The translations under genes and the position numbers were made by a program. From Armatimonadota bacterium (lineage in GTDB: Bacteria > Armatimonadota > SYMT01): 64,000 bases of DNA. Under the pieces are notes generated by a model. The model had not been told where the DNA came from, did not search any database, and saw only the letters and a list, made by a program, of their open reading frames with translations. This document shows, in pieces, positions 57,977 to 64,000 of this stretch (position 1 is the stretch's first letter; each line of letters opens with the position of its first letter). Where the stretch lies: contig JBKBRF010000007.1 of the NCBI GenBank assembly GCA_046292385.1, forward strand, positions 32,001 through 96,000. The letters are read 5' to 3'.

Positions 57977-58168
57977 GTGGGCTCACCCCCGCGTCGAGTG
58001 CCGCGTCAGTGCTGCCAAGGCGCTCCTCCGCTTCCACCGGACCACCCGACCCGCGATGTGTGGCCACGGTGGTTTCGCGCCGAGCTGGCGCCGGACCTCG
58101 GCTCGCGAGCCGCTCCCGGCTCTCCCCGGATCTCCCAGGCCGGTTCAGACCAGATTACCTGGCCGCGA

Positions 58169-58477
58169 CTACTGCCTCTCCCGTCGGACGGCACGCCAGT
58201 GCAGCCAGATCCCGATCGCCAGCATCCCGGACGTGAAGAGCAGATACCCCACCGCCCGCTCCGGAGGCCTCACCTTTACCACCGTTGCGTCCGTATCGAA
58301 GAGCAGGAAGAAGTAGACTGCGAGCCAGATTGCCGCGATGGAGTAGGCGAGAAGGTTCGGGAGAGCCGCCACTCTACGCTTTCGCAGTTCGCGTCGAAAG
58401 ACGACCAGCCAGGCGAGCCAGATCGACCAGAAGATCCACACGCCCGGGTTCGACACGTAGTTCAACACGGTTTCCAT
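58169..58477 (-). CDS. Hypothetical 3-TM membrane protein
   Basis: Three hydrophobic Trp-rich segments. Confidence 0.6.
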   Translation of the reverse strand: METVLNYVSNPGVWIFWSIWLAWLVVFRRELRKRRVAALPNLLAYSIAAIWLAVYFFLLFDTDATVVKVRPPERAVGYLLFTSGMLAIGIWLHWRAVRRERQ

Positions 58478-59000
58478 AGCGTCAGCTTTCATCGCGCGGG
58501 CCGAGGCTCCACCGGGGAATTTACCCTACCCCGCCGCCGGAACCTGCCCAGCGGCGAGACCGCTCGGCCCTATCCCCGGGGTGGCGCGAGGACGCACCAG
58601 CGGCTGCCGTGGTGGTCGAGCTCCAGGTGCGTCCCGTCTCCGGACCAGGTGAGGTTCCGTCAGAGCAGGGGGCGCAGGGTGCCGCGGCGCGCGGAGACGA
58701 CCTGCAGACCGATCGGAGAGTCCGAGGTCTGGCCGACGTGGCGTCGGAAGCTTTCCGAATGGGCGTTGGACATGGGCTGTGCGAGGTCGGGCGTGAGGCG
58801 GCCATGCCTCACGCAAGCTTGTCACTCGGCGGTGCGGCCGTGGCTCCCGGTGCGCGGGCGGCGACTCGACCGAAGTGGAGCTCCTCTTCGAAGATAGGGC
58901 ATCAGACCGGGTGATCGCAGTCCCCACCCCGGCGCTCTGAACGGCGACGGCTGCCCCTCCGCGGGGGATCGGGATCTCCCCCGAAAACAGGCGCCGCCGC

Positions 59001-59032
59001 GTCACTTTTCCGTCATTTTCCCCGGCTACGAT
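59001..59032 (+). promoter_or_regulatory. OmpR/PhoB-type tandem box plus -10 element
   Basis: GTCACTTTTCC GTCATTTTCC (11-bp period) followed by TACGAT at 59027. Confidence 0.55.
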
Positions 59033-59116
59033 TAGGTCAACGGCTCGGCTCGCCCGGCACTCTGCCGTGGGGAGCCCTGGGCCGCGGTGACCGGATCAGC
59101 CGGTCGGAGAAAGACG

Positions 59117-59842
59117 ATGTTGCCGTTCGCTTCACCCCGTCGGACGGAGCGGCGCCGTCCGTCCGGGTTCACGCTGGTCGAGCTGCTGGTGGTGATCGCC
59201 ATCATCGCGATCCTCGCCGGGCTCCTCTTCCCCGTTCTGGCGCAGGCGCGCGCGAGCGCCCGGAAGTCGACCGCCCTGAGCAACCTCAAGCAGGTCGGCA
59301 CCGCCCTCGCGATCTATACCGCCGACTACGACGACCATCTGCCGAGCCGGTGGCCGATCTGGAACGGATACAGGCCGTTCTTCTGGAGGGTGGACGGCGG
59401 CGATCTTCCCACGCTCCTGAACCCGTACGTCCGGAATCGAGCGGTCTGGTACAGCCCGGAGGACCGCCGGTCGAGCCGCGGCGTGACCAGCTTCATTCTG
59501 AACGCCGAGCTGGCGCCCGGATGGCAGATGTCGAAGATCGGCAGGCCCGCGGAGGCGGTCTACCTCACCGACCGCACCGATCTCGACCTGCTTTCGATCG
59601 GCCCGGACGAGGACCCGCCGGCCGAGTACTTCTGGTGGGAGTTCTGCGACCCGCCGCTCGACCGGGGACCGGCGGACCTCCCGCGTCCGTACGACGACCT
59701 GATGGTGGCGGTCCAGATCTCGCCCCGGCGCTACGTGGGCGATGTCGGCGCCTACCTGTTCGTCGACGGCCACGTCCAGGCGCTGCCGTTCGCGAAGACG
59801 TGGGGTGATGCCTCGACCAACCTGCACTACCCGTTCAAGTAG
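59117..59842 (+). CDS. Prepilin-type N-terminal cleavage/methylation protein (DUF1559, H-X9-DG-like tail)
   Basis: [30 protein letters not shown]...[19 protein letters not shown]. Confidence 0.92.
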   Translation: MLPFASPRRTERRRPSGFTLVELLVVIAIIAILAGLLFPVLAQARASARKSTALSNLKQVGTALAIYTADYDDHLPSRWPIWNGYRPFFWRVDGGDLPTLLNPYVRNRAVWYSPEDRRSSRGVTSFILNAELAPGWQMSKIGRPAEAVYLTDRTDLDLLSIGPDEDPPAEYFWWEFCDPPLDRGPADLPRPYDDLMVAVQISPRRYVGDVGAYLFVDGHVQALPFAKTWGDASTNLHYPFK

Positions 59843-59872
59843 AAGAGAAGGCCCGTGGAAGAGAGGAATAGT

Positions 59873-60058
59873 ATGATGCGTGTATGGATGCTGAGCGTCG
59901 GGGTGATCCTGCTGGCCGGAACGCTCCTCGGGGCGCTCTCCGGCTGCGGGCATGACCCGAACCACGACATCGACATGGAGCAGGCCCGGAAGGCCGCCGA
60001 CCGGGTCCATCCGCCCCCTCCGCCGGGAGAAAAGAGGATCCCGGGCCACGGCGGATAA
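59873..60058 (+). CDS. Small lipoprotein
   Basis: Lipobox LSGC; Pro-rich tail. Confidence 0.65.
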   Translation: MMRVWMLSVGVILLAGTLLGALSGCGHDPNHDIDMEQARKAADRVHPPPPPGEKRIPGHGG

Positions 60059-60072
60059 CCGCGGAGGAGCCG

Positions 60073-60768
60073 GTGCGTCTATTACTCGTCGAGGATGAAG
60101 CGGCGATCGCCTGCCGGACCCGCGAGAGTCTGGAAGAGGCGCTCTACACGGTCGATTGGGCACGCGACGGCGTCGAGGCGCTGGCGCTGGCCCGGGAGCG
60201 GGAGTATGCCGCCATCATCCTCGACCTGATGCTGCCCGGCGTCGACGGCTGGGAAGTGTGCCAGACGCTCCGGCGGCGCCGCGATCCGACGCCGATCCTG
60301 ATGCTCACCGCCCGCGGCGCGCTGGAGGACCGGATCCGCGGGTTCGAGATCGGCGCGGACGACTACCTGCCCAAGCCGTTCGAGCTGCCGGAGCTGCGGG
60401 TCAGGGTGCGGGCGCTCATCCGCCGCGCGGCGGTCCACCGGACGCGGCTGATCCGGATCGCCGACCTGGAGATCGACACGGAGGCGCGGCGCGTGAGTCG
60501 CTCCGGCCGGGAGATCCCGCTCACGCCGCGGGAGTATTCGCTCCTGGAGGCGCTCGCCCGCAACGAGGGACGGGTGCTCTCGCGCGAGTATATCCAGGAG
60601 CGGGTCTGGCACGACGACGAGAGCTATTCGAACACGATCGCCGTCCGCATCCGGCAGCTCCGGCAGAAGGTGGACGACGGCCACGCCGTCCGCCTGATCC
60701 ACACGGTCTACGGCCAGGGGTACGTGCTCCGGGCGCCCGAAGCGGAGGAGGACCGTCCCCCCGGATGA
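60073..60768 (+). CDS. OmpR/PhoB family response regulator
   Basis: LLVEDE, ILDLMLPG, LTA, GADDYLPKPF, LTPREY.LL, IHTVYGQGY. Confidence 0.96.
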   Translation: MRLLLVEDEAAIACRTRESLEEALYTVDWARDGVEALALAREREYAAIILDLMLPGVDGWEVCQTLRRRRDPTPILMLTARGALEDRIRGFEIGADDYLPKPFELPELRVRVRALIRRAAVHRTRLIRIADLEIDTEARRVSRSGREIPLTPREYSLLEALARNEGRVLSREYIQERVWHDDESYSNTIAVRIRQLRQKVDDGHAVRLIHTVYGQGYVLRAPEAEEDRPPG

Positions 60769-60968
60769 GCGCGCTCGCGCGGACGGCAGGAACTCGGGTG
60801 TCTACCGCTGAACAGAGAGGCACTACTCTAACGGCCAGCCGAAAGTGCGCCAATACCGCGCCCGATTTCGACTGCGCCGGCCTCATCGGGACCTGGTCCG
60901 ACATCGTCTCCACAACGGCGCAGCCGTGGCTATCGTGGAACGGTAGTCCGTGGGAAATAGTACTACGA

Positions 60969-62180
60969 ATGAGCGCTGCCCGCACGTCTTCCCCTCCGGC
61001 GAACCGGACGCTCGCCAACGCGAAAGCGGCCAGGAAGGACGAGTTCTACACCCGGTACTTCGACATCCAAAAGGAGGTCGAGGCCTACCTGGAGTTCGAC
61101 GCCGACACCTTCCGCGGTAAGGTCGTGTATTGCAACTGCGACGACCCATTCGAGAGCAATTTCTTTAAGTACTTCGCCGCTAATTTCAACAAGCTCGGTC
61201 TCAAAAAGCTCGTCACCACCAGCTACGATGGCTCCCCGATCGCCGGGGGGCAGCTCGCTTTGCCGGAGTTCGACGACGGAAACAGTAAGCGAGAAAGACC
61301 CAAGGCAATCGCCGTCGAGATCGAGAATGTGAAGGATGTCACCGGAGACGGCGCAACCGGCATCGAAGACGTCAAGCTCTTCCTAGAGCAGAACCCCCAC
61401 ACCCGCACTCCCCTCGCGGGAGGCGGCGACTTCCGCAGCCCTGAGTGCGTCGAATTGCTCAAGCAGGCGGACATCGTGGTTACTAATCCGCCTTTCTCCC
61501 TCTTCCGGGTGTACGTTGCCCAGCTCGTCGAGCACCGCAAGAAGTTTCTGATCATTGGGAACACGAACGCGATCACCTACTTGGAGATTTTTCCGCTAAT
61601 CAAGAACAACAAGCTTTGGCTCGGGTGCACCAACTTCAATGTTGGTATGTTTTTCGAGGTGCCGGATGACTGGGAGCGCTTTCACCACATAGACAAGGAA
61701 ACCGGGAAGAAAATCGCAAGAGTGTCTACTTCGTGCTGGTACACAAACCTGGATCACGGTCGCCGACACCAGCCTCTTAATCTAATGACCATGGCGGAGA
61801 ATCTTAAGTTCAGTAAAAGTTTGAGAGGGAAGGCGGCGTATGATCGATACGACAATTACGACGCGATAGAGGTCGCAACCTACAAGGAGATCCCAAGCGA
61901 CTATAATGGCGTCATGGGCGTTCCTATTACCTTTCTTGACAAATATAACCCTGACCAATTCGAGATTGTCGGAAACAGCGATGATTCAGGTATGATGCGT
62001 GAGATTGGAGTCCGTCCTCTCGGGCGCGAGTTCATAAATGCATATCGCGCCCGTGGCGGTACTGGACACTACAGTCCGGCCATGCGGATGCTCTGTCTGC
62101 AGGAGCCGCAACCGCGGATAATTTTCAAGCGCATTCTGATTCGGCACCGCACTCCGCCTGTGATGGGAACGGGAAAGTGA
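60969..62180 (+). CDS. Adenine-specific DNA methyltransferase, EcoRI-methylase family
   Basis: AK..RKDEFYT, GKVVYCNCDDP.ESNF, GDFRS.EC, DIVVTNPPFSLFR, MGVPITFLDKYNP.QFEI. Confidence 0.9.
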   Translation: MSAARTSSPPANRTLANAKAARKDEFYTRYFDIQKEVEAYLEFDADTFRGKVVYCNCDDPFESNFFKYFAANFNKLGLKKLVTTSYDGSPIAGGQLALPEFDDGNSKRERPKAIAVEIENVKDVTGDGATGIEDVKLFLEQNPHTRTPLAGGGDFRSPECVELLKQADIVVTNPPFSLFRVYVAQLVEHRKKFLIIGNTNAITYLEIFPLIKNNKLWLGCTNFNVGMFFEVPDDWERFHHIDKETGKKIARVSTSCWYTNLDHGRRHQPLNLMTMAENLKFSKSLRGKAAYDRYDNYDAIEVATYKEIPSDYNGVMGVPITFLDKYNPDQFEIVGNSDDSGMMREIGVRPLGREFINAYRARGGTGHYSPAMRMLCLQEPQPRIIFKRILIRHRTPPVMGTGK

Positions 62181-63343
62181 AGACCACACTGAAAACTGAC
62201 ATCACCGTCGCCAACATATGTGACGGATTTGTCTACAACCAATTGGAAGGCAAAGGTCTGTTTGGGTTGAGCGGAAAACTAACCATTCAGCCGGAATATC
62301 AGCGGAACTACATCTATGCCGAGAGCGGCGGCAAAAGGGAGCAGGCGGTCATCCACTCGCTACTCAATGGGTATCCACTCGGGCTGATCTACTTCAACAA
62401 AGTCGGCGAGGACAAGTACGAGGTGTTGGACGGGCAGCAACGGGTCACCAGTATCGGGCGGTTCGTAACGAACAAGTTCGCGATCATGGACAACGGCCAT
62501 CCAAAGAACTTCGACAGCCTACCCGCCGACCAGCGGGCGAAGATCCTGGCCTCGAGCCTACTGATCTACGAGTGCGAGGGAACCGAAAGTGAGATAAAGG
62601 AGTGGTTCGAGACAATCAACATCGCAGGCGTGCCGCTTAACGACCAGGAACTGTTGAATGCAATCTACTCCGGCCCATTCGTGACCCTTGCGAAGGCCGA
62701 GTTCAGCAACACCCAGAACGCGAACATCCAGAAGTGGAAAGCGTACGTCAAGGGCAGCCCGAACCGGCAAGCGTTCCTTGAGCGGGCGCTGGACTGGGTG
62801 AGCAAGGGCGCTATCGGCAGCTACATGAGCGCGCATCGCAACGATGGCGACATCAATGAGCTGAAGGCCTACTTCAACAGCGTGATCGACTGGGTTTCCG
62901 GCGTGTTTATCGACGTTCTCCCCGAAATGTGCGGGTTGGAGTGGGGGAGATTGTACGAGGAATACCACAGCCAGTCCTACGATCCGAAGAAGATGTCGGA
63001 CGAAGTGAACAGGCTCGTCGCCGACCCCTACGTCATGAACCGCAAAGGCATCTTCGAGTACCTCTTGGGCGGCTCAGTCGATAGTAAGTTGTTGGACGTG
63101 CGCGTATTCGACACTCAAGTTAAGCGGGTGGCCTACGCTAAGCAGACGCAAGCAGCCGAGGCTAAGGGCCAGTCCAATTGCCCGCTCTGCGGGGTTGGGC
63201 ACGACGCTAACAAGGGCAGGATCTACAAGTTCGATGAGATGGACGCCGACCATGTTGCGGCGTGGAGCAAAGGCGGCGCAAGCACGGCCGACAACTGCCA
63301 GATGCTATGCAAGACGCATAACCGCGCCAAGGGCAATCGCTGA
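62177..63343 (+). CDS. DUF262 (ParB/Srx-like) + HNH endonuclease
   Basis: IQPEYQRNY, DGQQR, FETIN..GVPL; C-terminal CPLC...DADH...GG.....NCQMLC..HN..K; GTGA overlap with the methyltransferase. Confidence 0.88.
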   Translation: MKTTLKTDITVANICDGFVYNQLEGKGLFGLSGKLTIQPEYQRNYIYAESGGKREQAVIHSLLNGYPLGLIYFNKVGEDKYEVLDGQQRVTSIGRFVTNKFAIMDNGHPKNFDSLPADQRAKILASSLLIYECEGTESEIKEWFETINIAGVPLNDQELLNAIYSGPFVTLAKAEFSNTQNANIQKWKAYVKGSPNRQAFLERALDWVSKGAIGSYMSAHRNDGDINELKAYFNSVIDWVSGVFIDVLPEMCGLEWGRLYEEYHSQSYDPKKMSDEVNRLVADPYVMNRKGIFEYLLGGSVDSKLLDVRVFDTQVKRVAYAKQTQAAEAKGQSNCPLCGVGHDANKGRIYKFDEMDADHVAAWSKGGASTADNCQMLCKTHNRAKGNR

Positions 63344-63362
63344 CGGCACTATTCGGCTGCGG

Positions 63363-64000
63363 ATGACGCTCTGGAACGTCGCCGTGCTGGCCCTCATCCT
63401 GGGCGCCATGGGCGGCGTGGTGCGATATCGCGTGCAGGCCGACCGGCTGGCGGCGGTCGACCGGACCCTCGCCGAGCGGGCGCACGAGTCGGGACGCCTG
63501 TGGGCGCTCGGCCCTGCCCCTCCCGGGCTCCGCGCCGCCGGCCGACGCAGATTGCTCGACCCGACGCCCGCGGCTGCCGACGGATCGCCCGGCGCCCCCC
63601 GCGCGCTGCCGCCGCTCCCGCCGCGGATCGTCCCTCGCGACCGGGCCGGCAAGGAGCACTGGGATCAGCCCTGGGATCGAGACGCCTTCGCTCGCTGTCT
63701 CGCCGGTCGGACCGTCTATTCCACCGTGTGGGACGGCGGCGTGCCGATGCGGATCCTGTCGATGCCGATCGAGCGCCGGGGCCGGATCGACGAGGTGCTT
63801 CAGCTCGCCTATCCGCTCGGCGGCGTGCTGCGGGAGATCGACGAGCTGACGGCCACGCTCCTGGCCCTGGTGCCTCTCGGGCTGCTCGCCGCCGGGCTGG
63901 GCGGCGCCTTTCTGACCGGCCGCGCGCTCCGTCCGGTACGGGAGATCGCCGCGACCGCCGCGCGCCTGGGGGTGAATGACCTTTCCGAACGGCTGCCGGT
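63363..64000 (+). CDS. Sensor histidine kinase, N-terminal part (runs off the window; original start displaced)
   Basis: (TIRLR)MTLWNVAVLALIL TM1, sensor region, TM2, then GRALRPVREIAATA..L...DLSERLP HAMP start; no stop before 64000. Confidence 0.88.
   Translation, partial: MTLWNVAVLALILGAMGGVVRYRVQADRLAAVDRTLAERAHESGRLWALGPAPPGLRAAGRRRLLDPTPAAADGSPGAPRALPPLPPRIVPRDRAGKEHWDQPWDRDAFARCLAGRTVYSTVWDGGVPMRILSMPIERRGRIDEVLQLAYPLGGVLREIDELTATLLALVPLGLLAAGLGGAFLTGRALRPVREIAATAARLGVNDLSERLP

Larger units (their letters stand above)
60782..63348 (+). mobile_element. About 2.56-kb lower-GC insertion carrying a methyltransferase and a nuclease, splitting the start of a histidine kinase gene
   Basis: GACGGCA direct repeat at 60782-60788 and 63342-63348; visibly more AT-rich codons inside; kinase N-terminus resumes right after. 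Confidence 0.7.

Noticed and set aside
58570..58773. Selenocysteine readthrough of the in-frame TGA
   Set aside because: No redox motif context and no recognisable SECIS; a decayed fragment or noise is more likely.
60156..60764. N-terminal part of the 674-aa ORF 60156-62180
   Set aside because: It is an alternative frame over the response regulator; only the part from 60765 or 60969 is plausible.
1..64000. tRNA, rRNA, tmRNA, SRP or RNase P genes; transposases and integrases
   Set aside because: No recognisable signatures found by eye; an Infernal or tRNAscan run would be needed to exclude them formally.

Overview
GC-rich bacterial chromosome segment; by inference probably Armatimonadota, given a prepilin/DUF1559 gene with an H-X9-DG-type tail and the nusA-ylxR-infB-ylxP-rbfA-nrnA gene order. 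Most of it is housekeeping and metabolic genes: rsmE, aroQ, M24 peptidase, ABC-F, ogt, murA, prpBC, ppx, GH43, GH2, rsgA and the nusA/infB operon. It also holds a MazF-type toxin-antitoxin pair, several orphan immunity-like and ankyrin genes, and at least three families of palindromic intergenic repeats. I found no rRNA, tRNA, CRISPR array, transposase or integrase. Best candidates for undescribed biology: (1) 37148-38312, a signal-peptide, Cys/His-rich leader ORF ending in tandem RGPP ribosome-arrest-type motifs, then a 159-nt structured spacer and an exported protein with 14 Cys-Cys pairs, suggesting a metal-sensing, stalling-controlled metallothionein-like system. (2) An EcoRI-family methyltransferase + DUF262/HNH nuclease cassette inserted into the first codons of a histidine kinase, in frame with the kinase start and inside an apparently autoregulated two-component operon. 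(3) A uORF/terminator attenuator in front of a YbiT-like ABC-F gene. (4) A multibranch structured element at 31.25-31.5 kb. (5) A rimP-type leader kept upstream of nusA although rimP is absent. All family calls come from motif recognition, not database searches.
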